NCBI GenBank assembly: GCA_965249725.1 | Contig: CBDFMQ010000002.1 | Location: 1 to 64,000, forward strand | Direction: 5' to 3' | Length of the DNA: 64,000 nucleotides | Origin: Longimicrobiales bacterium | Lineage (GTDB): Bacteria; Gemmatimonadota; Gemmatimonadetes; Longimicrobiales; Gaopeijiaceae | Shown here: one piece after another, positions 30,393-40,203 of the stretch | Layout of the letters: each line of letters starts with the position of its first letter | Position numbering within the stretch: position 1 is the stretch's first letter | The notes under the pieces: model-generated | Database searches by the model: none | Told to the model about the DNA's origin: nothing | What the model saw: only the letters and a program-made list of their open reading frames with translations | Made by a program: the position numbers and the translations under genes

Positions 30393-30791
30393 CTACGTGC
30401 TGCAACCCACGACGCTAATCACTGTGGCAGGACTGCCATTCGCCGCCGTTGCATTTCCGTGGTAGAAACCGCACTGCGCCGACGCCATGCCGGAATGGGT
30501 CGCGGTGGCGGCCCACCCGTCTCCCGTAGCTTCATTGATCGTGACGCTAACGCCCTTGCTGGTGACGTATCCGAGGTTGCTGAAGGAGGTGCTGAAAGTG
30601 TAGTTGCCGTTGTGGTAGACCTCCTGTTGGGTCGCCAGGTTCTTCAGGTCCGCCTTTACGCTGGCCATGAAGGCCTTGTCTCGTACGGTCGAGAACTTGG
30701 GGATGGCAATGGCGGCCAGGATCCCGATGATCACGACAACGATGAGGAGTTCGATCAGCGTGAAGCCCTTCGTACGCACTGTCTGTCTCAT
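30393..30791 (-). CDS. Type IV pilin
   Basis: KG|FTLIELLIVVVIIGILAAIAIP; C-terminal Cys pair. Confidence 0.93.
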   Translation of the reverse strand: MRQTVRTKGFTLIELLIVVVIIGILAAIAIPKFSTVRDKAFMASVKADLKNLATQQEVYHNGNYTFSTSFSNLGYVTSKGVSVTINEATGDGWAATATHSGMASAQCGFYHGNATAANGSPATVISVVGCST

Positions 30792-30829
30792 TTCATCTGT
30801 CCGATATCGAGAGGGGTCAGACCGACGGA

Positions 30830-30862
30830 GAGCGTGGCCCGGGACGGCCCCGAACCACGCTC
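30830..30862. terminator. Hairpin between the pilin genes
   Basis: GAGCGTGG...CCACGCTC stem. Confidence 0.4.
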
Positions 30863-30906
30863 TTTGCTAGGTGCGAAGCGTCACGCCCTAGATGCCGAGG
30901 CCTGCG

Positions 30907-31302
30907 TTACTGAGTGCAGGCCATCTCGCCGGGGCTAGTGGGAGTCGCGGTACCCACCGTGGGCGCCGTACCACTGCCGTAGTAGATCGCACAGCCCTCA
31001 GTACCAGCGAGAGCAGCATGCACCCCAGAGGCCGACCAACCGTCGGTCGAAGCCGCGATGACGACCGTAACACCGTCCGACGTAACGTATCCGAGCGACG
31101 CCACCGTCGACGTGTACGAGTAGGTGTCGGAGTAATAGATCTCCTGCTGACTGGCCAGATTCTTGAGATCAGACTTCATGGCCGCGAAATAAGCCTTCTC
31201 ACGCGTCGCCGAGAACTTCGGAATGGCGATAGCCGCCAAGATACCGATGATCACGACCACGATGAGCAGCTCAATGAGGGTAAAACCCTTGTTGTTACGC
31301 AT
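30907..31302 (-). CDS. Type IV pilin (probable major pilin)
   Basis: MRNNKG|FTLIELLIVVVIIGILAAIAIPKF; C-terminal Cys pair; RBS AGGAG. Confidence 0.93.
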   Translation of the reverse strand: MRNNKGFTLIELLIVVVIIGILAAIAIPKFSATREKAYFAAMKSDLKNLASQQEIYYSDTYSYTSTVASLGYVTSDGVTVVIAASTDGWSASGVHAALAGTEGCAIYYGSGTAPTVGTATPTSPGEMACTQ

Positions 31303-31365
31303 CTCACATCTCCTACTGCTGGGTGACACTTCTGACCTAGTGAGGTTCAGAGCATCGCCTTTGAG

Positions 31366-31381
31366 TGCAATGTTGGGTCCC
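31366..31381 (-). promoter_or_regulatory. Putative sigma54 -24/-12 promoter
   Basis: GGGACCCAACATTGCA = GG-N10-GC ending TTGCA, about 65 bp upstream of the pilin start. Confidence 0.55.
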
Positions 31382-31519
31382 TAAATCAGCGTGCGTCACC
31401 TAAGGACCTGTCGGACAACGAGTTGACACCTTCCTGCTGCACACGACTGGATATTTATACAGGGGTCGGAGCGGGGGATTGTGAGAATCCGTCGCATAAT
31501 GGCTGAACAGGGTCGGCGT

Positions 31520-31558
31520 CCGAGCTTTCCGGTGATTTCGGTGCCATCCGCCCGCCTG
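31520..31558 (-). repeat. 39-bp fragment of a RidA-family gene
   Basis: 37/39 identical to 36248-36286 (encodes RRADGTEITGKLG). Confidence 0.85.
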
Positions 31559-31588
31559 CGTCCGTGCTTCGCCACCATCCTCATCACG

Positions 31589-32902
31589 TCAGATGGGTGC
31601 TACCTCCCTGCGAAACGCGGGCACCTCGTCGTAAGACAGCCGCCGCCAGAGCCATTCGGCCGGTCCGTAGCGAAACCAATCGAGCCACCAGGCACTGTAC
31701 AGGAGCTGCAGAGACCAGACCCCGATCACTATGAGCATCTGAGTTGGTCGATCCACGCTCCCGTAGAGACCGAAGCCATGACCATAGAAGATCGTCGTGC
31801 AGATGATCGACTGCATGAGGTAATTGGTGAACGCCATGCGTCCCACGGCTGCCAATCGTCTTTCCAGGGCTCCGAGCCACGCTCCCTTTACCGCGAGCAT
31901 AATCACCCCGACATGTCCCAGCGAGACGAAGACACTGCCGACATAGTTCCAGTGCACCCCCATCTGCACATGGAAAAGGAAGCTCCAGTCATGTGCCGCA
32001 CCCTGCCAAGCGGACACCGCAACCAAAGGCATCCCCAGGCCGTACCCCCACAAAATCAGCCGACGATAGAAGCCGCTGCCCCTGAGCGCCGAGAAGACAC
32101 CCACCTTCATGAGGCCCATTCCGATCAACATCAATCCCCCCATACGCCACAAGCCAAAGAACACTAGGCCCATGGTCTGCATCATCAGAACCTCTGGCGC
32201 ACGGTGAGCGAGGGCGTCTCCATAGCTCCCGCGGTACGCCGTCACATTGGCGTCCAGATCCCCCTCCGTCGGCGCCACCATGGGCCGCTGGTCTAGCCAT
32301 TTTTCCAGACCGACCGCTTCTTCCTCGGTGAGCTCGTCACCCGCATCCGCCTTGATTTCGAGCGCTTGGCCCTCGGGGATCATCTGTTCCATCCATAACC
32401 CGCCCCCGGTTGAAAGAGCGAGGGCCGGAAGCATCCAGATCGAACCGAGAATGATCAGCGTCTTGGCCTTCTTGCGACGTAGCGGATAGATCAGGAGACC
32501 CAAGAAGGCGTAGGTGAAGAGAATGTCGCCGAACCAGATCAAGTAGGCATGGAGCGCGCCCATCACCAGCAACCAGAGCATGCGCCGATACCATGTGCCA
32601 GCGAACTTCCCGGTTTCTGAGCGTTCCGTCATCAGAATGAGTCCGGCGCCAAAAAGCATCGAGAAGATGGGCAGGAACTTCTGATCGACGAGAAAGTGCG
32701 TGGCGAACCAGATGGACATCGAAAGCTCGTCGGTTCCGCCCCACGCCAGAGGATTGTCGTAGGCCGCGAAGGGCATCGCGAAGGCGTAGATATTCATGGC
32801 CAGAATCCCGAGCACGGCGACCCCCCTCAGAACGTCGATCGACTCGATGCGGCTTCGCTCGGCCACCGGGGTGAAAGGTGTCGCAGCTCCTGGCTCAATC
32901 AT
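31589..32902 (-). CDS. DUF418 / YeiB-like membrane protein
   Basis: RIESIDVLRGVAVLGIL, FSMLFGAG, GDIL, GRMAFTNYL, GPAEWLWR. Confidence 0.92.
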   Translation of the reverse strand: MIEPGAATPFTPVAERSRIESIDVLRGVAVLGILAMNIYAFAMPFAAYDNPLAWGGTDELSMSIWFATHFLVDQKFLPIFSMLFGAGLILMTERSETGKFAGTWYRRMLWLLVMGALHAYLIWFGDILFTYAFLGLLIYPLRRKKAKTLIILGSIWMLPALALSTGGGLWMEQMIPEGQALEIKADAGDELTEEEAVGLEKWLDQRPMVAPTEGDLDANVTAYRGSYGDALAHRAPEVLMMQTMGLVFFGLWRMGGLMLIGMGLMKVGVFSALRGSGFYRRLILWGYGLGMPLVAVSAWQGAAHDWSFLFHVQMGVHWNYVGSVFVSLGHVGVIMLAVKGAWLGALERRLAAVGRMAFTNYLMQSIICTTIFYGHGFGLYGSVDRPTQMLIVIGVWSLQLLYSAWWLDWFRYGPAEWLWRRLSYDEVPAFRREVAPI

Positions 32903-32910
32903 GACGAGTC

Positions 32911-33261
32911 CTAAAGCCCCCGCAGCCCCTCCACCAACGCGTCCTGCGCCATCCGACGACGCATGTAGAACGACGGGATACGGTTGATCATCCTCAGGTT
33001 TTCCACCTGGGCGTCCACGACGGGATCCGCGGCGGGACTGAAAAAGCCGCTTTCCAGGTTGATGAAGCTCGCATCCTGCGTGTAGGCCCTCTGGATGACC
33101 TCCCAGTATGCTTCGTCCCGGGCGATCATTCCCGCGGACCGACGGTCGGCGCTACCCGCTCGTAGGATCTCACCCGCCGCCCCGAGGCTGAGGCGTGGCG
33201 TGGCGAGCCCACCCAGTGCTGCGCCGCCGGCCAACTGCACGAAGGAACGTCTGCTGAACAT
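32911..33261 (-). pseudogene. N-terminal fragment of a Tat-exported class V aminotransferase
   Basis: SRRSF Tat motif and DEAYWEVIQRAY..INLESG; ends after 116 aa. Confidence 0.65.
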
Positions 33262-33456
33262 CGCCGTCTCCTGGTTCGATCCGCGGTGAGGAGTAGGGGC
33301 CTGGAGTCCCTCTTCTCCAATGTGCCCGGGTCGGATCCCGGAGGACAGTAGGGATAGGACGGCGAGCTCTGCATGCCAGCGGCGAATCTGGCTGTGTCCG
33401 ATCCCGGTCCCTAACTTTCCGTGGACTCACAAGAAAACCCCTCGAAGGGCTGAACC

Positions 33457-34761
33457 ATGTCCATACACGGCTACTCCTCATCTTCATTTTCACTTCTCGC
33501 GGACAAGTCGCTCGTGGCGCTGTTGTTCGTGGTGGCGTGCGGACCGGCGATGCCCTCGGCCGATTTGCCCGACGACCTCCGGCCGCTCGTGGAGGAGGCT
33601 TGGGATCGTTGTGGCGCACTCGAGGCTGCAGAAGAGGAGGCCTGCTACGAGCCGGTGATCCTCGGGCGGCTCGACGAGGAGGGTGTCCACGAGGCCATCC
33701 GGCTGCTCGAGGCGATCGGCTCGGTGGACCCGAAGGTCGAGCGGAACGGGCACATGTACGTGCATGGCATCGGCATCACCGCCTATCAGAACAACCCGAA
33801 CTGGAGCGAGACGTTCGAACAGTGCTCCGAGCTCTACCAATCCGGGTGTTACCACGGGGTGATTCAGGCGCGTTTTATGGAGATGGGCGACATCACCGCG
33901 GCGGACGTCAACGCCCTCTGTGAGATGTACCGGGGCGACCCGGCCGCTCGCTTCGTGCTGTTCCAGTGCCTGCACGGTATGGGTCACGGGCTGACCATGA
34001 TCTACGGTCACGACCTGCCGGTCGCCCTCGAGGCCTGTGACCACCTGTCCTCGAACTGGGATCAGCGGTCGTGTTACGGCGGTGCATTCATGGAGAACAT
34101 CATGAATGCGACGGCGCCGCATCATATGGTCGACGATATGATGGCTGAGACCGGGGGAGGCGGGGAGGCGGAAGATGCGCCCATGCCCATGGAGGGTGAG
34201 CAAGCCGAGATGGCCGAGCACGAGCACGCCGCGAGCGAGTGGGCCGGTCTCGATCCCGACGATCCCCTCTATCCCTGCTCGGTCATGGAAGCCCGCTATC
34301 TGCAAGAGTGCTACGTCATGCAGACGTCGGCGATCCTCTGGCTGAACGACTGGGAGATCGCAGAGGGTGCCGCCACCTGTCTGACGGCTCCTGAGCACAT
34401 GCGCCAGACCTGTATTCAGAGTCTCGGGCGTGATATCGCGGGACACGTGGTCGGCGATCACGAGCGCGGCATCGAGGAATGCTCCAAGGCGAACGCAGAC
34501 CTACGACCTTGGTGTTACGTCGGCTTCGTGAAGAACCTGATCGATGTCAGCGCGCGTACGGATGGCGCCTTTGCTTTTTGCCCACAGCTCGACGATCGGA
34601 CGGGTCGCTTGATGTGTTACCGCGCGATCGGGGAAGAACTCGACGTCCTGAGGGCCACCAGCGAGGAGCGAACTGCCGAGTGTGAGGTCGTAAGCGGTGA
34701 CGAGCAGCAGGCGTGTCTGTACGGGGCGCGGCAAGTATCGGCCATGCCTGAGGGCGTCTGA
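33457..34761 (+). CDS. Cys/His-rich hypothetical lipoprotein
   Basis: Lipobox VVAC; HGIG, CYHG, CLHGMGHG, CYGGAFME; Met/His-rich linker; start uncertain. Confidence 0.8.
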   Translation: MSIHGYSSSSFSLLADKSLVALLFVVACGPAMPSADLPDDLRPLVEEAWDRCGALEAAEEEACYEPVILGRLDEEGVHEAIRLLEAIGSVDPKVERNGHMYVHGIGITAYQNNPNWSETFEQCSELYQSGCYHGVIQARFMEMGDITAADVNALCEMYRGDPAARFVLFQCLHGMGHGLTMIYGHDLPVALEACDHLSSNWDQRSCYGGAFMENIMNATAPHHMVDDMMAETGGGGEAEDAPMPMEGEQAEMAEHEHAASEWAGLDPDDPLYPCSVMEARYLQECYVMQTSAILWLNDWEIAEGAATCLTAPEHMRQTCIQSLGRDIAGHVVGDHERGIEECSKANADLRPWCYVGFVKNLIDVSARTDGAFAFCPQLDDRTGRLMCYRAIGEELDVLRATSEERTAECEVVSGDEQQACLYGARQVSAMPEGV

Positions 34762-34981
34762 TGGAGGCTACGCGCCGTCCTGATGCCCGGCGGGCTGCAG
34801 GTCCGGCTCGTCGAGCCAGCATCCTGTTCGGCTCGCCGGGACACCGACTTGTGGCGCGAGACCCCCAAACCGCATCTTTTAGGAGGCAGACCGCGCACCT
34901 CTGGAGTGATGCTCGTTGTGAGTTCGTCCGAGGGGTTCAACATGCGGGCGCAGAACTGATGCTCGCTCGGGGACGTCGTCG

Positions 34982-35881
34982 ATGACCGACAACAGAACGC
35001 TGATCATGAAGAGCCCGTTCGTCCCAGACCGGGGGCTCAACAAGAAGAGTCACGCTTCCCTGATAGTTCTGAAGGGTGAGGAGATCGGTCGGGACTTTCG
35101 CCTCAGAAGGATCAGTATGGTCATCGGGCGCAGCACCACGGCCGATATCTGTTTGCCGGGCCATGGAACGTCGCGGGAGCATGCGCGCGTCGACTATCAC
35201 GTCGCGAAAGACGGTAGCGCGACCTTCACCCTCACCGATCTGGAGAGCACGAACAAGACGTTCGTGAACTCGGATCCGGTGGACTCCGTTCAGCTTCGAG
35301 ATGGTGACAAGATCCGGATCGGCGACTCCGTCCTCAAGTTCGTGATGCTCGACGACATCGAAGCGAGGTTCCACGCCGATGTCCGTGATCTCATCTCCTA
35401 CGATCAGCTGACAGGTCTGCTGACCAAGGAATCGCTCTACCTGGCCTTTGAGAGAGAGCTGGAGCGATGCATGCGCTACGATTTGCCTCTCGGCGTGTTG
35501 ATGATGGATCTGGACCGCTTCAAGTCGGTCAACGACGGGCACGGCCACCAAATGGGGAGCCATGTCCTGGGTGAAGTGGGGCAGATTATCAACCAGAGTG
35601 TCCGAATCGCCGATGCGTCGGCTCGCTACGGGGGTGAGGAGTTCCTCAGTTACTTGACGGAGACCGATGCTGCAGGAGTCGAGCACGTTGCGGAACGCGT
35701 TCGGGCTGCGATCGAGGCCCACACCTTCGTCCTCGATGATTTGAGCATGAAGATCACCATCAGCATCGGCATCGCTGTTGCCCCCCGGCATGGCGACAGC
35801 ATCAAGGCGCTCGTGGCCGCGGCAGACGAAGCTCTCTACCGTGCGAAGGAAACCGGCCGGAACCGCGTCTGCATGGCATGA
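34982..35881 (+). CDS. FHA-GGDEF diguanylate cyclase
   Basis: IGR..SREHA..DLESTNKTFVN (FHA); DLDRFKSVND, RYGGEEF. Confidence 0.93.
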   Translation: MTDNRTLIMKSPFVPDRGLNKKSHASLIVLKGEEIGRDFRLRRISMVIGRSTTADICLPGHGTSREHARVDYHVAKDGSATFTLTDLESTNKTFVNSDPVDSVQLRDGDKIRIGDSVLKFVMLDDIEARFHADVRDLISYDQLTGLLTKESLYLAFERELERCMRYDLPLGVLMMDLDRFKSVNDGHGHQMGSHVLGEVGQIINQSVRIADASARYGGEEFLSYLTETDAAGVEHVAERVRAAIEAHTFVLDDLSMKITISIGIAVAPRHGDSIKALVAAADEALYRAKETGRNRVCMA

Positions 35882-36501
35882 CGAGTCCCGCTGTCGGTTA
35901 GACGACCCGGACCCTCGGCGGAGAGGAGCCGGCGCAAGAACTCGGCTTGGTCCCGTACTTCGACGATCATCTCGATTTCCACTGCCTGGCCGCGGGGCAG
36001 CGATGCCATCCCGACGGCGGCGCGGGCGTGCCGTCCACGATCTCCGAAGACCTCGACGATCAGGTCCGAGAAACCGTTGATTACCGCCGGCTGCTCGACG
36101 AAGGAGGGGTCGGAGTTGACCATGCCCAAGACTTTCACGACGCGCACGACCCGGTCGAGGTTACCGAGCATCGACTTGAGGACGGCCAGCTGATTGATCG
36201 CCGTCAAACGCGCGCCCTCATAGCCGTCGGCGATGGTGACACCCGCACCGAGCTTCCCGGTGATTTCAGTGCCATCCGCCCGCCTGGGCCCTTTGCCCGC
36301 GAGGAAGATCAAGTTGCCGGTGCGCACACCGTTCACATAGTTGGCAACCGGGCTGGGCGGTACAGGCAGCGTGATGCCAAGCTCCACGAGACGTGCTTCT
36401 GGGTCATAGGTCTCCACTTGCTGTGCCGATGCGCCCTGTTGGCTGGTGATAAGGAAAACGATGGTGACACTGCATAACGCCCGTAACAAAGACCTGTCCA
36501 T
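35836..36501 (-). CDS. RidA/YjgF family protein with signal peptide
   Basis: PVANYV, VINGFSDL, GRHARAAVG, VEIE; C-terminal extension overlaps the GGDEF gene. Confidence 0.88.
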   Translation of the reverse strand: MDRSLLRALCSVTIVFLITSQQGASAQQVETYDPEARLVELGITLPVPPSPVANYVNGVRTGNLIFLAGKGPRRADGTEITGKLGAGVTIADGYEGARLTAINQLAVLKSMLGNLDRVVRVVKVLGMVNSDPSFVEQPAVINGFSDLIVEVFGDRGRHARAAVGMASLPRGQAVEIEMIVEVRDQAEFLRRLLSAEGPGRLTDSGTRHAMQTRFRPVSFAR

Positions 36502-36597
36502 GATTCAGCATCCCCGAGTGACTAGACGGCTCCATGTCGAAGCCGCAGCTTGCTCGGTTCTCACAATCTGTGCAACCACCCGATCTCGGGCATTCCA

Positions 36598-38172
36598 TTA
36601 ACCCCCCGGACCCGGCCACGAACGCTCCGGGTCGATACAGATGGGCCACCCCGTGGCTTCTCCCGTACGCTCGTCGGCTGGGAACGACGCTCTCCGCTCC
36701 CGCGAAACACGCTCTGGATCTTCAGCGGCCAGGTACGTCATTGCCGCGATCAGGGTCGCGTTGTGTCTCACTTCCTCGAAGACGAGCTTGTCGAACGTAT
36801 CTCTGTTCGTGTGCCAGGTGTATGTGCGGTAGTCCCACCCTCGTCCGCCGAATCGGAAGGCCGGCACGCCGTAGCAGAGGAACGAGGCGTGGTCGGTCCC
36901 TCCGGTCGCGGGTATGCCGGGGAGCGTGAGCTTGAGAGGATCGGCCAGTTCGCTGGGCATTTGAGCGAACCATCGTGAGAAGTGCGCGCCGGCTCCCGTC
37001 ATTCCCTGCATGGAGATGTCGTTCACCAGTCCCGTTCCGATATCGAAGTTGAGCAGAACGTGAAGGCCCTCGACGACCTCCGGGTTGTCCTGCGCGAACG
37101 CCCGTGAGCCGTTCAGCCCCTGTTCCTCGCCTCCCCAATGCCCGACGAGAATCGTCCTCTTGGGCGCCGGATAGACCTCTTTCAGAATGCGCATAGCCTC
37201 GAGGATCGTGATCGTGCCGGCTCCCGTGTCCGTGGCCCCCGAGCCCCCGTCCCACGAATCCAGATGTGACGACAGCACCACATACTCGTCGGGAAGTGAC
37301 ACACCGCGGAACTCCGCGATCGTGTTGTAGGCCGGGACCTCTCCCAGCATCTCTCCCTGGGCGTCTACCCTGAGGACCGGGCCCTGTGAGTTTTGTGCGA
37401 GCCGGAACAGGAGGCTGTAGTCCTCGCAACTCAGGTCGAGCGAGGGCACCACGTCGGTTCGGGCACCGAAGATGCGCGTTACGCCCCACCCACCGGACCA
37501 TGTGGAGGTCAGCACACCGGCGACGCCCCCTCGCTCGAGCGCTTGGGCAAGCGTTCTCGCGGTGTGGCCGGTTCGCTCGATCCGCTCCTGCCACTCCCTG
37601 GACTGCTGGTCCCGACTCGCGCGCATGTCTTCGTAGACACTCGTGTCCGCGAATTCCTCCCAGCTCCGATCCGGACGGCAGGTGATCTGCGGCGCGGAAA
37701 TCAGGATGTACTTGCTTCGCGCCGTCGAGAGCCAGGCGGCGAACTCGGCTGGGTTCCGGACCCTCGGTAGCACGACGACATCTCCCTCAACGGGGCCGTT
37801 CGTACCCGGGCTCCAACCCAGCATCGTGGCTTCGAGCGTGCGCAGACGAGGGCGCAGGAGGTCGACGTGCGTCGGACCCCGCCGCCACCCCCTCCAGGTT
37901 CCGTACTGCTCCTTCTTGGCGGGGATGCCCCACGAGGCGTAGTTCGAGACGAGCCAGTCGCCCGCGGCCTCGAGCTCTGGCGTGCCGGTCAGACGGGGGC
38001 CGATCGAGTCCATCAGGACCTGCGCGAACTCGTAGGTCCTCGAGCTGTCCATTCCCATGGCCCAGATGCGTCGCAGAACCGGGTCGTCGGTCGTAAAGGT
38101 CTGGCCGTTGGTAGGGGAGGTGCCCAAGGTCATGGCCAGGGCGATGGTTATGGCTACCCGTGTTGCGTTCAA
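36598..38172 (-). CDS. M28 family carboxypeptidase Q-like peptidase
   Basis: IGPRLTG, SHLDSWD, GATD, GEEQGLNGS, TDHASF, WHT; start uncertain. Confidence 0.9.
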   Translation of the reverse strand: MNATRVAITIALAMTLGTSPTNGQTFTTDDPVLRRIWAMGMDSSRTYEFAQVLMDSIGPRLTGTPELEAAGDWLVSNYASWGIPAKKEQYGTWRGWRRGPTHVDLLRPRLRTLEATMLGWSPGTNGPVEGDVVVLPRVRNPAEFAAWLSTARSKYILISAPQITCRPDRSWEEFADTSVYEDMRASRDQQSREWQERIERTGHTARTLAQALERGGVAGVLTSTWSGGWGVTRIFGARTDVVPSLDLSCEDYSLLFRLAQNSQGPVLRVDAQGEMLGEVPAYNTIAEFRGVSLPDEYVVLSSHLDSWDGGSGATDTGAGTITILEAMRILKEVYPAPKRTILVGHWGGEEQGLNGSRAFAQDNPEVVEGLHVLLNFDIGTGLVNDISMQGMTGAGAHFSRWFAQMPSELADPLKLTLPGIPATGGTDHASFLCYGVPAFRFGGRGWDYRTYTWHTNRDTFDKLVFEEVRHNATLIAAMTYLAAEDPERVSRERRASFPADERTGEATGWPICIDPERSWPGPGG

Positions 38173-38339
38173 GGCAGTCCTCTCGTCGGGAGTAGGCAGT
38201 CGTCGAATTTGTCGGAAGGTGCGACTCGCCTGAGATCTCGGCAAACGCAGGATGAGAGAGACATTCCTCGTCTGACCCATCGTCGTCTTTGCAGCCCTCA
38301 GAGCCATCGGATAGCTTATCAGCCGCCTACCTTGAGGAG

Positions 38340-39734
38340 ATGACGATGAGCAGCCGAGTTTTCATGTGGTCGATGGCCGCGGTCACGATGGTCCTGTGCT
38401 CACATCCGCTGTCCGCCAGCGCCGTACAGGACTCCCGGCGGGAACGAGAGCTATTTCAGACGATCGACCGAAACCGTGAGTCGCACGTCGAATTCCTGCA
38501 GAGCCTGATACGCGCCCAGCCAGATGGCGAAGCAGCCGTTCAGGCTCTGGTCTCCGCGCGCTTCGAGGGACTGGGGCTCGAGGTGGAGACGCTCAGCCTG
38601 TTGCCCATCGGGCTACGTCCCGAGCACGAGTTCGCCTCCGAAGAGATGATCGACATGAGCGAACGGGTCAGTGTGATGGGCCGACTCCGGGGAACCGGAG
38701 GTGGGAAGAGCATGCTCTTCTTCGGTCATCCCGACCCGGAACCCATGACGGAAGAGTCCATGGCGGGGTGGACCCGCGACCCGTTCGCGGCCGAGGTGGA
38801 CCAGGGTCGCCTCTACGGGTGGGGTGTGGCGGACGACTTGGCGGGCGTGGCGATCATGGCCGAGGCGCTTGCGGCGGTGCTCGAGTCGATGGGTACCCCC
38901 CGCGGCGACATCTTGCTCGCCAGTACTCCGGCCAAGCGCAACGCTCGCGGCATCGTCGGCTTGTTGAACGAAGGATACCACGCCGACGCTTCCGTATATC
39001 TGCATCCTGCCGAGTCGGAGAAGGGCCTCAAGGACATCAAGGCGATCACTTCGGGCATGGCGAGGTTCCGGATCACGGTCGAGGGACAGGCTCCGGATAC
39101 GCGCGAGCCCGGACAAACGGCGTTCACGCACATGGCCGTGAATGCGGTCGACAAGATGGCTTTGGTGCTGAATGCGCTCGACGACCTCGACGAGGACAGA
39201 GCGGAGAGGGTATTCCATCCCGCCCTCGATGCAGCGGTGGGCCGTTCGACGAATCTGCTGACGAGCCACGTCTCTTGTGGCCGGGAGGGTAGCACGACAA
39301 GGGTCCCGACCGAGTGCGTGATCGAGGGGTCGACGACCTTCCCACCGACCGAACTGATGCCCGACGTGCAGCGGGAAATTCTGGACGCCGTCGAGCGTGC
39401 GACGCGGAATGACCCGTGGCTGACGGAGAATCGTCCGGTGGTCGAGTGGTTGGCCGGCACACAGGGTGTCGAAGTGCCGCGCGACCATCCGCTCTACCAA
39501 ACGGTACATCGAGCGGTTGTCGAGGTGACGGGAGTCGAGCCTGAGGTGAATCCACTTCATTCGGGGAGCGACATCCGGAATCCGAAACTCTTCAGCGACA
39601 TCCCCTCGGTCGGTATCGGTCCCTTGGCCGGTGACCTCACCCAGGCGGGCAGGCACGACGAGTGGGTAGATGTCGAGGACTACATCCGCGCGATCAAGAT
39701 TTGCGCCAAGATCATTGCCGACTGGAGCAACTGA
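38340..39734 (+). CDS. Secreted M20 (ArgE/DapE-like) metallohydrolase
   Basis: FGHPD, LYGWGVADD, HDEWV; the EE motif is not canonical. Confidence 0.82.
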   Translation: MTMSSRVFMWSMAAVTMVLCSHPLSASAVQDSRRERELFQTIDRNRESHVEFLQSLIRAQPDGEAAVQALVSARFEGLGLEVETLSLLPIGLRPEHEFASEEMIDMSERVSVMGRLRGTGGGKSMLFFGHPDPEPMTEESMAGWTRDPFAAEVDQGRLYGWGVADDLAGVAIMAEALAAVLESMGTPRGDILLASTPAKRNARGIVGLLNEGYHADASVYLHPAESEKGLKDIKAITSGMARFRITVEGQAPDTREPGQTAFTHMAVNAVDKMALVLNALDDLDEDRAERVFHPALDAAVGRSTNLLTSHVSCGREGSTTRVPTECVIEGSTTFPPTELMPDVQREILDAVERATRNDPWLTENRPVVEWLAGTQGVEVPRDHPLYQTVHRAVVEVTGVEPEVNPLHSGSDIRNPKLFSDIPSVGIGPLAGDLTQAGRHDEWVDVEDYIRAIKICAKIIADWSN

Positions 39735-40203
39735 CCGGTTCCTGCGGCCGATTCGCCGATCGGTCGAGATCACGATCGTAACCCTCTTCGCCGTGCTGAC
39801 GATCTCCGTGTTCGCACAGGTCGTGGCGCGTTACGTGTTCAACCAACCTCCGACCTGGACGGAAGAACTAGCGCGCTTCTGCCAGGTGTGGATCATCCTT
39901 CTCACCTCTTCCATCTGTCTGCGTAAGGGCAGCCACCTCGCGGTCGACTACCTGGGCCCCGCGTTGACCCCCCGATGGCGAAGAGGGATTGCGGCACTCA
40001 CCGGGGGCCTTATTGCGACCTACTCGGCCGTCGTCTTGATCTGGGGGGTGCGCCTCTTGATGATCGGGTTGGTGCAGACCTCTCCCGCCATGCAGCTGAA
40101 CATGGGATTGGTGTACTTGGTGTTCCCGGTTGCGGGCGGTCTGATGCTGATGGAGGCGATCCTGGCGACGCTGCAGAGTGACCGAGAGTTGGAGGCATCG
40201 TGA
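39715..40203 (+). CDS. dctQ: TRAP transporter small permease
   Basis: QVVARYVFN..WTEELAR, HLAVD; start uncertain. Confidence 0.88.
   Translation: MPTGATDRFLRPIRRSVEITIVTLFAVLTISVFAQVVARYVFNQPPTWTEELARFCQVWIILLTSSICLRKGSHLAVDYLGPALTPRWRRGIAALTGGLIATYSAVVLIWGVRLLMIGLVQTSPAMQLNMGLVYLVFPVAGGLMLMEAILATLQSDRELEAS

Noticed and set aside
30393..31302. Diversity-generating retroelement or shufflon acting on the pilins
   Set aside because: No reverse transcriptase or invertase. The pilin differences look like ordinary paralogue divergence, not adenine-specific changes.
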